A stretch of DNA of 64,000 nucleotides from positions 29,105 to 93,104 of the forward strand of contig JACQUO010000024.1 in NCBI GenBank assembly GCA_016210205.1, read 5' to 3'. A program made the position numbers and the translations under genes. Under the pieces are notes generated by a model, which saw nothing but the letters and a program-made list of their open reading frames with translations, was not told where the DNA came from and searched no databases. This document shows positions 17,901-26,979 of the stretch, piece after piece (within the stretch, counting starts at the first letter, position 1; each line of letters starts with the position of its first letter). The stretch is from Chloroflexota bacterium. GTDB lineage: Bacteria > Chloroflexota > Dehalococcoidia > JACQUO01.

Positions 17901-18187
17901 CGGCACCCACGCCACCCACGACCACGGTACCCACGACGGCCGCACCAATAGGGGTAGACACGATTTTGACGGGCTACACCGACACCACCACCATCAGCGG
18001 GCTATTCGTCTTCAGCAACACCAGCAAGACGTTTGCCTCCGCTATCCCGGGTGCTCCCGCCCGCAGCCTGACTAGCGTGTCTTCGGGTCAAATCCTCATC
18101 ATACAAGTCGAAAAGGATGTGACCCTCACCATCGGCGGCCAGACTTACGTCAATACCAAGGGCACCAACTACCACGTCATAAAGTAA
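14984..18187 (+). CDS. Large secreted BNR/Asp-box repeat protein with a Thr/Pro-rich linker
   Basis: Signal peptide MKSKVASFFRVLATLAIGASLVPALVRPAPAVAG. There are at least 7 Asp-box-like repeats: TNGGVSWS, SKDGGATFT, STNGGQTWS, STNKGSGWK, STDGGETFA, STDGGATWT and SSNKGITWS. An FN3-like segment and a TVTTAPTPPTTTVPTTAAP linker lie near the C-terminus. Confidence 0.8.
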   Translation: MKSKVASFFRVLATLAIGASLVPALVRPAPAVAGNQAWTDISDPTRLNLGAIKAIAFAPDGLTGFAFTTIGTSGSSDSTLIKTTNGGVSWSAVGLFDAAGSGQAVPQANLPSGLKVQLTGAAVGGGIGGANAKTIIRVSTKYATDATVVVAVAGDDNTTGAADIVNQVFWSKDGGATFTQVGGDIAAGTAQLITDMAMSDQFNGSSFVKDTVIVVTAVAANDTRGNLFRLRGSASSPSWSVWGPPVEGDYYAIKFFPGSAEEVMVIAAADTDGGGGVGDGPAADAATIYEYRLNIAETTANDNLNDISVTAGSATPSRTGFFTTADAANAVAQSATAGTELNIIAAIALPDNWSQSTSSDREVITIDLDVGAIGGASRGTIAAAAAEGLVARRGTGAGALIATLTVLGNTQGAAEDGYTSLAMSGNATTGFALAGTDDGGVLRSTNGGQTWSTVAKGITDDVDGTAGLTTVAVVSSSGFMGNGGLRGGVWYSTNKGSGWKSGGAYSDDLDDEYRSIARTSDGTWFLVGMDNVSGVTSVFKATSTKAFYRVNRHASTLFARPAPDFATSQTVYVGVGAGAITGQVLKSTDGGETFATTQTDPDQVGTTDKNLSLGTAGVLGGDLVVLDKDTVIVAFTTGLVALSTDGGATWTHSTSNPSAAFTRIRVSPDGTKLLGITTTRVVYYSSNKGITWSQIGATVGAAGTGRDVAFDPGFDSNSYIYAAVNGSANAVWRINSKTATTTTAWDGLTADINPGIAGAVGQTDGYILGFDSTGTLWVASFADADADGAYDAGEASFVASTFDPKEAAVTWRTVPTGNVAGAFGAGNDTAAVGTLVAVRDMIIYGNPPTIVVISDEGGNNDMNSITDTSAAPVQTSPANKSTGQPRALALQWNAVPDATIYDARIGLTADPQLTGAGAYTGTDQLGVETTSQYAGDGMIVGGTFNWKVREAAPLTSRWSPVWSFTVGTPTVTTAPTPPTTTVPTTAAPIGVDTILTGYTDTTTISGLFVFSNTSKTFASAIPGAPARSLTSVSSGQILIIQVEKDVTLTIGGQTYVNTKGTNYHVIK

Positions 18188-18262
18188 GGCCAGGATAAGG
18201 AACGGGGCGGGTCTCGCCTCCAGGCGGGCCCGCCCCTAACCCAGAGCCTATAAGGAGAAACT

Positions 18263-18739
18263 ATGGGTAAAATCAAACTCATCGGCACCCTGGCGCTGGC
18301 AGCCCTGCTCCTGGTCCTGCTCCCTGCCACAGCTCAAGCCCAGCTCGCAGTTGCCACCGTTTTCTACGGCAATGTCACCGTGGCAGGCAAGAGTGTGGCC
18401 GACGGCACGGTGGTAACAGCCACCGTGGACGGGACCAAGATTGGTGAGGCCAAGACCACCACCACGGCCGGCGTCTCAAGCTATTACCTGGATGGCGCTG
18501 GGACCGCCGCCATGGAGGGCAAGACCGTCAAGTTCACCGTTGGGACGGATGCCGCCCAGCAGACCGGCACCTTCAAGTCCTTCGGGGGCACCAAACTTGA
18601 CCTGACGGCGGGGGCGGCCCTGCCCGTCACCGGCGACGAGACCGTGCCCCTGCTGATGCTGGGGATGGCGGCCCTGGGCCTCATGGCCCTCTCCGCGGGC
18701 TACGCCCTGCGGCGCCGCACCGCAGCCCACGCCGCCTGA
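18263..18739 (+). CDS. Small secreted protein with an LPXTG-type cell-wall sorting signal
   Basis: Signal peptide ending ATAQA. The C-terminus is LPVTGDETVPLLMLGMAALGLMALSAGYALRRR, that is LPVTG, a hydrophobic helix and a basic tail. An AAGGAG Shine-Dalgarno precedes the start. Confidence 0.8.
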   Translation: MGKIKLIGTLALAALLLVLLPATAQAQLAVATVFYGNVTVAGKSVADGTVVTATVDGTKIGEAKTTTTAGVSSYYLDGAGTAAMEGKTVKFTVGTDAAQQTGTFKSFGGTKLDLTAGAALPVTGDETVPLLMLGMAALGLMALSAGYALRRRTAAHAA

Positions 18740-18763
18740 CCCGAACCGCACCCCATCAATTCG

Positions 18764-18794
18764 GCGAGCGCCGTCCCCCCTGGACGGCGCTCGC
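18764..18794 (+). terminator. GC hairpin after the first LPVTG gene
   Basis: GCGAGCGCCGTCC (18764-18776) pairs with GGACGGCGCTCGC (18782-18794). No strong T-tract follows, so terminator function is uncertain. Confidence 0.35.
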
Positions 18795-18827
18795 TCATTG
18801 TGGCACAATGAGACCGCTCCAGCGTCC

Positions 18828-18930
18828 GGGGGTACAGGGGGCCAAGCCCCCGCCAGGGGCCTGGGGGTGTCCCCCAGCTACCATCTCTACCCCCTCTCCT
18901 GCCGGAGAGGGGGCCAGGGGGTAAGGTATG
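18828..18930 (-). repeat. Three-hairpin intergenic repeat (family 1), complete copy, reverse orientation
   Basis: GGGGGC-CAA-GCCCCC (18836-18850), CTGGGGGTGTCCCCCAG (18861-18877) and CCCCCTCTCC-TGCC-GGAGAGGGGG (18890-18913), followed by CCAGGGGGTAAGGTAT. Confidence 0.8.
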
Positions 18931-18953
18931 ACCCTTAGGAGTGCACAAGGAAA

Positions 18954-19508
18954 ATGTACCCTCCTTTAGGTGACGCTACACTAGCCCCTAGCCAAAAAAC
19001 AAATTTTTGCAAACAATCAAAAATCCCCCAGCTCCATTCCGCCGCCACCTCACTCATCATATTGATAGTCCTGGCCCTCTCCGTCCTCCTCCCCGCCACC
19101 GCCCTGGCCCAGCCCCCGGTCAGCGCCTTCTACGGGCGCGTCACCGCAGGCGGGCGGGATGTGACCCCCGGCACCGCCGTATCCGCCTACATCGACGGCG
19201 TCAGGGTGGCCACTGCCCAGGCTCAGAGCTACCTGGGACATTCCGTCTATACCATAAGCATCCCGGGCAGCAACGCCTGGGAGGGCAAAACGGTGGCCTT
19301 CAGGCTCGGGAACGTGGAAGCCCAAGGGCGCGGAACCTGGCAGGCGGGGATAAGCACAAACCTGGACCTGGCGTCGGAGACGGAGCTACCGGTCACGGGG
19401 GACAGCACCTTGCCCCTGGCGGCCGCGGCCATGGCCGCCCTCGGAGCCTCAAGCCTGCTGGGGGGCCTGCTCCTACGCCGGCGCGCCCCGGGGCGCGCTC
19501 CGCCCTAG
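18954..19508 (+). CDS. Small secreted protein with an LPXTG-type sorting signal (paralog of 18263..18739)
   Basis: Hydrophobic signal SLIILIVLALSVLLPATALA. The core FYGRVTAGGRDVTPGTAVSAYIDG parallels FYGNVTVAGKSVADGTVVTATVDG in the neighbour. The C-terminus is LPVTGDSTLPLAAAAMAALGASSLLGGLLLRRR. The start codon is uncertain. Confidence 0.7.
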   Translation: MYPPLGDATLAPSQKTNFCKQSKIPQLHSAATSLIILIVLALSVLLPATALAQPPVSAFYGRVTAGGRDVTPGTAVSAYIDGVRVATAQAQSYLGHSVYTISIPGSNAWEGKTVAFRLGNVEAQGRGTWQAGISTNLDLASETELPVTGDSTLPLAAAAMAALGASSLLGGLLLRRRAPGRAPP

Positions 19509-20131
19509 ACGCCCGCCGCCAGCACCACCACACGGAACGACTCCCCCAGGGTAGCTGGGGTGAGCGCCAGTTTAGGGGCCGGCTCCAGCTCCTTGAGGCC
19601 CATAGCCCCCAGGAAACGCTCCAGGGGCTCCAGTTCCGGGCGGGCCGGGGTCTGGTAGTGCATGGGGATAGCCACCTTGGGCTCCAGAAGGTTGATGGCC
19701 TCGGCAGCCCGGGTCGCCCCGATGGTATTGACGCCCCCCACGGGCACCAGGAGCACATCCACCTTGCCCATGCGGTTGGCCCGCTCCCGGCTCAAAGGGT
19801 GGCCCAGGTCCCCCAGGTGACACAGGGTCAGCCCGTCCATGAGGAAGAGATAGACAGTGTTAGGGCCCAGGCGCTGGCCGCCTTCAGCATCGTGGAAGGT
19901 CTTGTGGCCGGTGATGAGGACATGAGATACCTCGTACTCCCCTGGGCCCCGCAGCACCTTGAAGTCGCCTCTGGCCCCCTTTAGGCCCTCCAGGGCGGAG
20001 TGCTGGGGATGCGCGTGGCTCAAGGTGACGATGTCCGCGGCGGCCTTGACCCCAGGAAAGGGGTCGGTGACGATGGTGGCCTCCTTGCTGCGGAGGCGGA
20101 AGCAGGACTGCCCCAGCCAGATAACGTCCAT
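19505..20131 (-). CDS. Metallo-beta-lactamase-fold hydrolase (UPF0173-like)
   Basis: MDVIWLGQSCFRL..IVTDPF...VTLSHAHPQH...GDLGH...VPVGG. The start is ATG at 20131. The longer ORF-track N-terminus is out-of-frame-like sequence overlapping bioY. Confidence 0.75.
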   Translation of the reverse strand: MDVIWLGQSCFRLRSKEATIVTDPFPGVKAAADIVTLSHAHPQHSALEGLKGARGDFKVLRGPGEYEVSHVLITGHKTFHDAEGGQRLGPNTVYLFLMDGLTLCHLGDLGHPLSRERANRMGKVDVLLVPVGGVNTIGATRAAEAINLLEPKVAIPMHYQTPARPELEPLERFLGAMGLKELEPAPKLALTPATLGESFRVVVLAAGV

Positions 20132-20132
20132 G

Positions 20133-20702
20133 CTAAATCCTCCGGGCCAGGGCCCAGGCGGAAGGCAGGACCAGGGCGGCGACGATGAGCTTGGCCGCAT
20201 CGCCTGGTAGGTAAGGGAGGACGAAGCCAACCAACAGGCGCTCCGGCGGGAAGAAGCGCAGGAGCCAGAGCAACCCCGGCACATAGAGGACCACATTGCC
20301 CAGCGCCATGGCGGCCGCGGTGCCCCACAGGCTTCGGTCCCAGCCCCGCTCCGCTAAAAAGCCCACCGCCCAGGCCGCCGCCACGAACCCCACCAGGTAG
20401 CCCCCGCTATAGCTCAGCATATAGGGAAGGCCGGAGTTCCCCGCGGCGAAGACGGGCAACCCCATGGCCCCTTCCGCCAGATAGACCAGGAGGGTCAGGG
20501 AGCCACGGCGGCTCCCCAGGACGGCGCCGGTGAGGAGCACCCCCAGCGTCTGCCCCGTGATAGGCACCGGGCCGATGTAGATGGCCACGCGGGCACACAG
20601 GGCGATGAACCCGGTAAACCCCAGTATCAACACGGCATCCCGCCACAGCCCCGTCCGCGGGAAAATGGCCTGGGCTAACGCCATACCTTGGTTGCGCTGC
20701 AT
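20133..20702 (-). CDS. bioY: Biotin transporter BioY (ECF S-component)
   Basis: 189 aa with PITGQTLGVLLTGAVLG and EGAMGLPVFA motifs and about 5-6 TM segments. Confidence 0.85.
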   Translation of the reverse strand: MQRNQGMALAQAIFPRTGLWRDAVLILGFTGFIALCARVAIYIGPVPITGQTLGVLLTGAVLGSRRGSLTLLVYLAEGAMGLPVFAAGNSGLPYMLSYSGGYLVGFVAAAWAVGFLAERGWDRSLWGTAAAMALGNVVLYVPGLLWLLRFFPPERLLVGFVLPYLPGDAAKLIVAALVLPSAWALARRI

Positions 20703-20733
20703 GCTATCCCAGCCCTCCTATTTTAGCCTTGTA

Positions 20734-21711
20734 TTAGCTCCACTCCAGGGCCAGAGCGCCCCAGGACAGCCCGCCCCCAAAGCCCACCAGGACGGCATGG
20801 TCGCCCCGCTTCAGGCATCCGGACTGCACCGCCTCGCAGAGGGCGATGGGAATGGAGGCCGCCGAGGTGTTGCCATACCGGTCCACATTGATGAGCACAC
20901 GTTCCGGGGCGAGCCCCAGGGCCTTGGCCGCCGCCAGGATGATGCGCCGGTTGGCCTGGTGAGGGATGAGAAGCTCCACATGCTCCATCTCCAGGCCCGC
21001 CTCCGCCACCGCCTGGCGGGAGACATCGGCCATAATGCTCACGGCAAAGCGGAAGACCTCCCGCCCGTTCATCTGAAGATGGTAGCGCCCGTCCTGGCGC
21101 GCCCGCTCCACTGGTGACGCCCCCAGCCCCGGGACATAGAGGAGGTCGGCGCCGCCGCCGTCGCTGCCCAGGACGAAGCTGAGAAGCCCCGGCCGCTCCT
21201 GGGCCTGGAGGAGGACGGCCCCCGCGCCATCGCCGAAGAGGACGCAGGTGGCCCGGTCCTCCCAGTCCAGGATGCGAGAGTAAACCTCGCTGCCCACCAC
21301 CAGGACATTCTGATAGGCCCCACTGGCGATGAACTGCCAGGCGGTGGCCAGGGCATAGACAAAGCCACTGCAGGCGGCGTTGAGGTCGAAGGCGGCGGCC
21401 CGGTTGGCCCCCAGGGCGTGCTGCACCACCGAGGCGGTGGCTGGGAAGAGCCGCTCCGGGGTCACGGTGGCAGCAATCACCAGGTCCAGGGCCTCGGGGG
21501 CCAGGCTGGCCCGCTCCAGGGCCTCTCGGGAGGCGGCGATGGCCATGGAGGAGGCGGTCTCATGGTCGGCGGCAATGTGACGCTCCCGGATGCCGGTTCG
21601 GGCGAGAATCCAGGCATCGGTGGTATGAACCAGGGCCTCCAGCTCCTGGTTGGTGACGACCCGCTGGGGGACATACATCCCCCAACCGGTGATGCCGGCA
21701 TGGCGACCCAA
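20734..21711 (-). CDS. fabH: 3-oxoacyl-ACP synthase III
   Basis: ITGWGMYVPQRVVTNQELE, NAACSGFVYAL (active-site Cys), HQANRRI and GFGGGLSWGA. Confidence 0.95.
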   Translation of the reverse strand: MGRHAGITGWGMYVPQRVVTNQELEALVHTTDAWILARTGIRERHIAADHETASSMAIAASREALERASLAPEALDLVIAATVTPERLFPATASVVQHALGANRAAAFDLNAACSGFVYALATAWQFIASGAYQNVLVVGSEVYSRILDWEDRATCVLFGDGAGAVLLQAQERPGLLSFVLGSDGGGADLLYVPGLGASPVERARQDGRYHLQMNGREVFRFAVSIMADVSRQAVAEAGLEMEHVELLIPHQANRRIILAAAKALGLAPERVLINVDRYGNTSAASIPIALCEAVQSGCLKRGDHAVLVGFGGGLSWGALALEWS

Positions 21712-21786
21712 TCTGCCAACCTTCCCAGGTATCTTTCACCCGATTTTCCCCGCAGTATAGCAAGGCTCCAACCTAGGGTCAACCCC

Positions 21787-21815
21787 TTGACAAGGAGGGG
21801 GTGAGATGCTAGATT
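21787..21815 (+). promoter_or_regulatory. Sigma-70-like promoter of the hrcA-grpE-dnaK operon
   Basis: TTGACA (21787-21792), a 17-nt spacer, then TAGATT (21810-21815). Confidence 0.5.
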
Positions 21816-21823
21816 ATATTTAG

Positions 21824-21850
21824 TTAGCACTCTCACCATGAGACTGCTAA
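21824..21850 (+). promoter_or_regulatory. CIRCE operator (HrcA binding site)
   Basis: TTAGCACTC-TCACCATGA-GACTGCTAA compared with the consensus TTAGCACTC-N9-GAGTGCTAA gives one mismatch. It sits 17 nt upstream of hrcA. Confidence 0.9.
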
Positions 21851-21866
21851 CCCAGGGGGTCAAGCT

Positions 21867-22898
21867 ATGCGGGAGAGAGCCCTCACCCAGCGCCAAGCGA
21901 AAATCCTCCAAATCATCATCGCGGAATATATCGAAACTGCCACGCCCGTGGCCTCGGACAGCATCGCTCGTAAGGGCAACCTGGGGGTGAGCCCCGCCAC
22001 TGTCCGCAACGAGATGGCCGCCCTGGAGACCCTGGGCTTCATTGAGCAGCCCCACACCTCCGCCGGGCGCATCCCCACGGACCAGGGCTACCGGCGCTAT
22101 GTGGAAAGACTCATGGAGGAAGACCGACTCCCGCTGACGGAACAGCTGCTGGTGCGCCATCAGTTCCACCAGGTGGAACGGGAGTTGGAGAAGTGGATAC
22201 CTCTGGCGGCAGCCATCCTATCCCACCTGGCCCAGAACCTGGCCCTGGTGTCCTTGCCCCGGGCCCGGGCCTCCCAGGTCCGCCACCTGCAGCTCCTGAG
22301 CCTTAACGAGTTCCTGGCCCTCCTTATCCTCATCTCCCAGGAGACCTGGATTCGCCAGTGCACCATCTCCTTTGACCAGGCGATGAGCCAGGAGGAGCTT
22401 GAGGCCATGGCCCGTAAGCTCAACCACGACCTCGCCGGCCTCACCGCCCCCCAGGTCTCCCCGCGGCTGGAGGGCCTCAGCCTCCCCGAGCGCCAGGTGG
22501 CCCAGGGGGTGGAGCGGCTGCTCCGCTCCGAGGACGAGCGCACCTACGAGGAGCCTTATTTCCGGGGACAGCGCTACCTCCTGGGCCAGCCGGAGTTCCT
22601 GCAGGGAGAGCGCCTGAGCGAAATTATGCTCCTTTTGGGGGAGGGAGGGCTGTGGCAGTCCCTCCTGCCCCAGGCCCTGGCCTCCAGCCAGGAGGTGCAG
22701 GTCATCATCGGGCACGAGAACCCCGTGGAGCCCCTGCGGGGCTACAGCCTCATCCTCAGCCCTTACCAACTGGGCGCCTCGGGGCGGGGAGCCATCGGCG
22801 TCCTGGGGCCCACCCGGATGCCCTACCGGCGGACCGTGCCCGCGGTGCGCTACATGGCCTCCCTGATGCGGGAGTTGGGGCACGCCCTGGAAAATTAA
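21867..22898 (+). CDS. hrcA: Heat-inducible transcription repressor HrcA
   Basis: LTQRQAKILQIIIAEYIETATPVASDSI and EMAALETLGFIEQPHTSAGRIPT. The gene is adjacent to CIRCE. Confidence 0.95.
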   Translation: MRERALTQRQAKILQIIIAEYIETATPVASDSIARKGNLGVSPATVRNEMAALETLGFIEQPHTSAGRIPTDQGYRRYVERLMEEDRLPLTEQLLVRHQFHQVERELEKWIPLAAAILSHLAQNLALVSLPRARASQVRHLQLLSLNEFLALLILISQETWIRQCTISFDQAMSQEELEAMARKLNHDLAGLTAPQVSPRLEGLSLPERQVAQGVERLLRSEDERTYEEPYFRGQRYLLGQPEFLQGERLSEIMLLLGEGGLWQSLLPQALASSQEVQVIIGHENPVEPLRGYSLILSPYQLGASGRGAIGVLGPTRMPYRRTVPAVRYMASLMRELGHALEN

Positions 22899-22929
22899 AA
22901 CCTCTCCAGCCAGGATAGGTAAAAACACT

Positions 22930-23538
22930 ATGAGCGAAGGGGAAAGCCCCCAGACAAGTCGCGAGCCCGAGGCCAAGGCAGCCCCGGAGCCGGCCGCCGA
23001 GGCCACGACAGAGCCGACGCTTTCCCTTGAGGCCCTGCAGGAGGCCCTGGAGCAGGAGCGGGCCCGGGCCCAGGACCGCCTGGCCGGATGGCAGCGGGCC
23101 CAGGCGGACTACCAGAACCTGAAGCGGCGCCTGGAAAAAGAGCGGGATGAGACGGCCATCGTGGCCAACGCCCTGCTGGTGGCCCGGCTCCTCCCCGTCC
23201 TGGACGACCTGGAGCGGGCCCTGGCCCAGGTAACTCCCAAGCTCCGCGGCTTCACCTGGGTGGACGGCATCGCCCTCATCCACCAGAAGCTCCTGGTCAC
23301 CCTGGGCGCCCTGGGGCTGAGCCCCATCGAGGCGGCAGGAAAGGACTTCGACCCCGCCCTGCATGAGGCAGCGCTCTACCAGGAGGGCGAGGATGGCAAG
23401 GTGCTGGAGGAAATCCAGCGCGGCTATATTTTCCGAGATAGGATTATCCGACCAGCCTTGGTGAAAGTGGGGCGGGGAGCCACAACGGAGCCAGCCCAAC
23501 CAGCCGACGAAGCGACGGAAAAACCCCAAGAGTCCTAG
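22930..23538 (+). CDS. grpE: Nucleotide exchange factor GrpE
   Basis: A coiled-coil N-terminus and YQNLKRRLEKE, LLPVLDDLERAL, and GYIFRDRIIRPALVKV. Confidence 0.95.
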   Translation: MSEGESPQTSREPEAKAAPEPAAEATTEPTLSLEALQEALEQERARAQDRLAGWQRAQADYQNLKRRLEKERDETAIVANALLVARLLPVLDDLERALAQVTPKLRGFTWVDGIALIHQKLLVTLGALGLSPIEAAGKDFDPALHEAALYQEGEDGKVLEEIQRGYIFRDRIIRPALVKVGRGATTEPAQPADEATEKPQES

Positions 23539-23562
23539 GGACATTGTAGAGGGAGACATCCC

Positions 23563-25476
23563 ATGGCAAGAGTATTAGGAATCGACCTGGGAACCACCAA
23601 GTGCTGCATGGCCGTCCTAGAGGGGGGCGAGCCCATGGTCATCCCCAACGCCGAGGGGGGCCGCATCATGCCCTCCATGGCGGCGGTGAGCCGCACCGGG
23701 GAGCGCCTGGTGGGTCAAGCCGCCAAACGCCAGGCCGTCACCAACCCGGAGAACACCCTCTTCCAGGTCAAACGCCTCATGGGGCGCAAGTTCCGGGAAC
23801 CCTCGGTCCAGTACGACAAAAACCTCCTGCCCTTCAAGCTCACCGAGGCCCCCAACGGGGATGTGCGGGTGGCCATGGGGGGGCGGGATTACAGCCCCCC
23901 GGAAATCTCCGCCATGTACCTCCAGAAGCTCAAGGCCGACGCCGAGACCTACCTGGGGGAGAAAATCACCGAGGCAGTTATCACCGTCCCCGCTTACTTC
24001 AACGACAGCCAGCGCCAGGCCACCAAGGACGCGGGAAAAATCGCGGGGCTGGAGGTGCTGCGCATCATAAACGAACCTACAGCAGCCTCCCTGGCCTACG
24101 GCCTAGACAAGAAGAAGGACGAGACCATCGCCGTCTATGACCTGGGGGGCGGCACCTTCGACATCTCCATTCTGGACATCGGCGAGGGCACCTTCCATGT
24201 GAAGTCCACCAACGGCGACACCCACTTGGGCAGCGAGGACTTCGACCAGCGCATCATCAACTGGCTCTGCGATGAGTTCAAACGAGACCAGGGCATCGAC
24301 CTGCGCCAGGACCGCATGGCCTTGCAGCGCCTCAAGGAAGTGGCGGAGAAGGCCAAGATTGAACTCTCCACCACCCAGCAGACGGAGATTAACCTCCCGT
24401 TCATCACCGCCGATGCCTCCGGGCCCAAGCACATGAACATCACCCTGACCCGGGCCAAGCTGGAACAGCTGGTCATGGACATCATCGACAAGACCTTTGG
24501 CCCGGTGCGCCAGGCCCTGACCGACGCCAGTGTCACCCCCCAGCAAATCCACAACATCGTCCTGGTGGGCGGCCCCACCCGGATGCCCCTCCTCCAGGAG
24601 AAGGTGAAGCAGTTCTTCGGGCGGGAGCCCCACCGGGGCGTCAACCCCGATGAGGTGGTGGCCATCGGGGCAGCCATCCAGGGGGGCGTGCTCAAGGGCC
24701 AGGTGCGGGATGTGCTTCTGCTGGATGTAACCCCCCTGACCCTGGGCATCGAGACCCTGGGCGGGGTGGCCACGCCCCTCATCACCCGCAACACCACCAT
24801 CCCCACCAGCAAGAGCCAGGTCTTCAGCACCGCCTCGGACAACCAGCCCAGCGTGGAAATCCATGTCCTCCAGGGGGAGCGGGCCATGGCCGCCGACAAC
24901 AAGACCATCGGACGCTTCATGCTGGACGGCATCCTGCCCTCCCCCCGGGGCATGCCCCAAATCGAGGTCGCTTTCGACATCGATGCCAACGGCATCCTCT
25001 CCGTCAAGGCCCTGGACAAGGGCACAGGACGGGAACAGCGCATCACCATCACCGCCGCCAGCGGCCTGGCCAAGGACGAGGTGGGCCGGCTCCAACGGGA
25101 GGCGGACCAGTACGCCGCCGAGGATGCTAAAAAGCGCCAGGAGGCAGAGGCCCGCAACCAGGCCGACACCCTGGCCTACACCGCGGAGAAGACCCTACGG
25201 GAGCACGGCGACAAGGTGCCGGCAGACTTGAAACAGTCGGTGCAGAGCAAGGTGGCCGCGGTGCGCTCGGCCCTGGGGGCAGGGGATATGGCGCAAGTCG
25301 AAAAGGCCAGCCAGGAGCTCTCCCAGGAGCTACAGCGGGTGGGGGCCACTGTTTACCAGCAGTCCTCCCCACCGCCGGGCTCGCCCCCCCCGCCGCCAGG
25401 GTCGCCTCCGCCGCCGGGGGACCCGGGTGACAAGGGCGACTCGGGCACCGTGGAGGGGGAGTTCCGGGAGGCATAA
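23563..25476 (+). CDS. dnaK: Chaperone DnaK (Hsp70)
   Basis: [15 protein letters not shown] and [10 protein letters not shown] motifs, with a Pro-rich C-terminal tail. Confidence 0.98.
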   Translation: MARVLGIDLGTTKCCMAVLEGGEPMVIPNAEGGRIMPSMAAVSRTGERLVGQAAKRQAVTNPENTLFQVKRLMGRKFREPSVQYDKNLLPFKLTEAPNGDVRVAMGGRDYSPPEISAMYLQKLKADAETYLGEKITEAVITVPAYFNDSQRQATKDAGKIAGLEVLRIINEPTAASLAYGLDKKKDETIAVYDLGGGTFDISILDIGEGTFHVKSTNGDTHLGSEDFDQRIINWLCDEFKRDQGIDLRQDRMALQRLKEVAEKAKIELSTTQQTEINLPFITADASGPKHMNITLTRAKLEQLVMDIIDKTFGPVRQALTDASVTPQQIHNIVLVGGPTRMPLLQEKVKQFFGREPHRGVNPDEVVAIGAAIQGGVLKGQVRDVLLLDVTPLTLGIETLGGVATPLITRNTTIPTSKSQVFSTASDNQPSVEIHVLQGERAMAADNKTIGRFMLDGILPSPRGMPQIEVAFDIDANGILSVKALDKGTGREQRITITAASGLAKDEVGRLQREADQYAAEDAKKRQEAEARNQADTLAYTAEKTLREHGDKVPADLKQSVQSKVAAVRSALGAGDMAQVEKASQELSQELQRVGATVYQQSSPPPGSPPPPPGSPPPPGDPGDKGDSGTVEGEFREA

Positions 25477-25493
25477 AGGAGTCCGATACGCCA

Positions 25494-25531
25494 GAGTGGG
25501 AAGAGCTAAGGGCTTTTCCCACTCCTTTTTT
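25494..25531 (+). terminator. Intrinsic terminator after dnaK
   Basis: GAGTGGGAA (25494-25502) pairs with TTCCCACTC (25516-25524), followed by CTTTTTTGG. Confidence 0.6.
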
Positions 25532-25584
25532 GGCCTGTTTCCCTAGAGCGTCTCGAATCGCGGGATACAAGTCCCGATGCAGCA

Positions 25585-25675
25585 CCCCTGGGGATGGTCG
25601 GGGGTCTGTCCCGATGCGTGGGACAGACTGCTTCTCCCCCCTTCCTGGCCAAAAAGGGGGCCAGGGGGAGGGTAG
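25585..25675 (-). repeat. Family-1 repeat, degenerate copy
   Basis: CCCCCTTCCTGGCCAAAAAGGGGGCCAGGGGGAGGGTAG matches the HP1 plus CCAGGGGG tail module. The HP2 position is occupied by a different hairpin, GTCTGTCCC..GGGACAGAC. Confidence 0.5.
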
Positions 25676-25769
25676 AAAGACGCTGCGAAACGGCCTCTTG
25701 CCTCTATCCTTGTATTGGCACGAGAAGGTAACTATAATAGGGGATTGAGGCAGCTAAGGCTTATTCATC

Positions 25770-26861
25770 ATGGTCACCAAGCGAGATTACTACGAGGTCC
25801 TGGGAGTCAGCCGGGACGCCAGCGAGGCGGAGCTTAAAAAAGCCTTCCGCAAGCTGGCCTTCCAGTATCACCCCGACCGCAACAAGGACTCGGGCGCCGA
25901 GGCCCGATTCAAGGAAATCAACGAGGCCTACGAGGTGCTCTCGGACCCCCAGAAGCGGGCCGCCTACGATCGCTTCGGCCACGCCCAGGGACCGGCCTTT
26001 GGGGGGCGGGGATTCGAGGGCTTTCCCGGCTTCGGCGGCTTTGGGGACATCTTCGACTCTTTCTTCGGGGGCACCGCTACCGCGGCGCGCCACGGGCCCC
26101 AACGCGGTGGTGACCTCCGTTACCGGCTCAGCCTCTCCTTCAAGGAGGCCGTCTTCGGCTGCGAGAAGGAGATAGAGGTCTCGCGGAGCGAGGTTTGCTC
26201 TCGCTGTGCCGGCTCCCGGAGCGAGCCCGGTTCTCCGCCCGTCGTCTGCCCCCAGTGCCAGGGCCGGGGCGAGATTCGCCGCGTCCAGAGCAGCCTCTTC
26301 GGCCAGTTCGTCAATGTGACCACCTGTGACCGCTGCGGCGGGGAGGGGCATCTCATCGCCAGCCCCTGCCGCCAGTGCCAGGGCCGGGGCCAGGAGCGGC
26401 AGACCCGGCGGCTGGAGGTGAAAATCCCCGCCGGGGTGGACGACAGCTCGCAAATCCGCCTCACCGGCGAGGGAGATGCGGGGGCCCGAGGTGGCTCGCC
26501 GGGGAACCTGTATGTGGCCCTCTCCGTCCAGCCCCATGAGCTCTTCCAGCGCAGCGGCGACGACATCCTCCTGGAGTTGGCCATCAACGTGGCCCAGGCC
26601 GCCCTGGGGGAGGAGCTGGAGGTCCCCACCCTGGACGGCCCCGTGGTGGTGAAAATTCCCAGCGGCATCCCTTCGGGTAAAATCATCCAGCTCAAAGGCA
26701 AAGGTGTGCCCCACCTGCGGGGCCAGGGCCGGGGCGACCAGTTGGTCAAGGTGGTGGTGGAGACCCCCCAACGGCTCACCACGGAGCAGAAGAAGCTCTT
26801 CCAGGAGCTGGCCAGGTCCTTGAGCCCCGAGGGCAAAAAGGGCGGCTTCTGGCGCCGCTAG
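25770..26861 (+). CDS. dnaJ: Co-chaperone DnaJ
   Basis: J-domain ([13 protein letters not shown]), a G/F region, and four CxxCxGxG zinc motifs. Confidence 0.97.
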   Translation: MVTKRDYYEVLGVSRDASEAELKKAFRKLAFQYHPDRNKDSGAEARFKEINEAYEVLSDPQKRAAYDRFGHAQGPAFGGRGFEGFPGFGGFGDIFDSFFGGTATAARHGPQRGGDLRYRLSLSFKEAVFGCEKEIEVSRSEVCSRCAGSRSEPGSPPVVCPQCQGRGEIRRVQSSLFGQFVNVTTCDRCGGEGHLIASPCRQCQGRGQERQTRRLEVKIPAGVDDSSQIRLTGEGDAGARGGSPGNLYVALSVQPHELFQRSGDDILLELAINVAQAALGEELEVPTLDGPVVVKIPSGIPSGKIIQLKGKGVPHLRGQGRGDQLVKVVVETPQRLTTEQKKLFQELARSLSPEGKKGGFWRR

Positions 26862-26920
26862 GGGCCGGCCCGCGCCATCCCCGCTCGCCAAGCTTGCTGC
26901 ATCCAGCACCAAGCCGTGGG

Positions 26921-26945
26921 GACTCTTCGCTTCGCCCAAAATGAC
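26921..26945 (-). repeat. Family-2 short repeat (GTCAYTYTGRGCGAAGCGAAGARTC)
   Basis: The reverse complement GTCATTTTGGGCGAAGCGAAGAGTC matches the copies at 41507 and 41785. Confidence 0.6.
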
Positions 26946-26979
26946 ATTTGTGCCCTCTGGGGCCTGAGGAGAGCCAGCC

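Noticed and set aside
19505-20296. Long 263-aa version of the MBL-fold hydrolase overlapping bioY
   Set aside because: The first 55 codons (MWSSMCRGCSGSCASS...) are Ser/Cys/Trp-rich out-of-frame-like sequence overlapping the bioY 3' end. The conserved N-terminus MDVIWLGQSCF starts at 20131.
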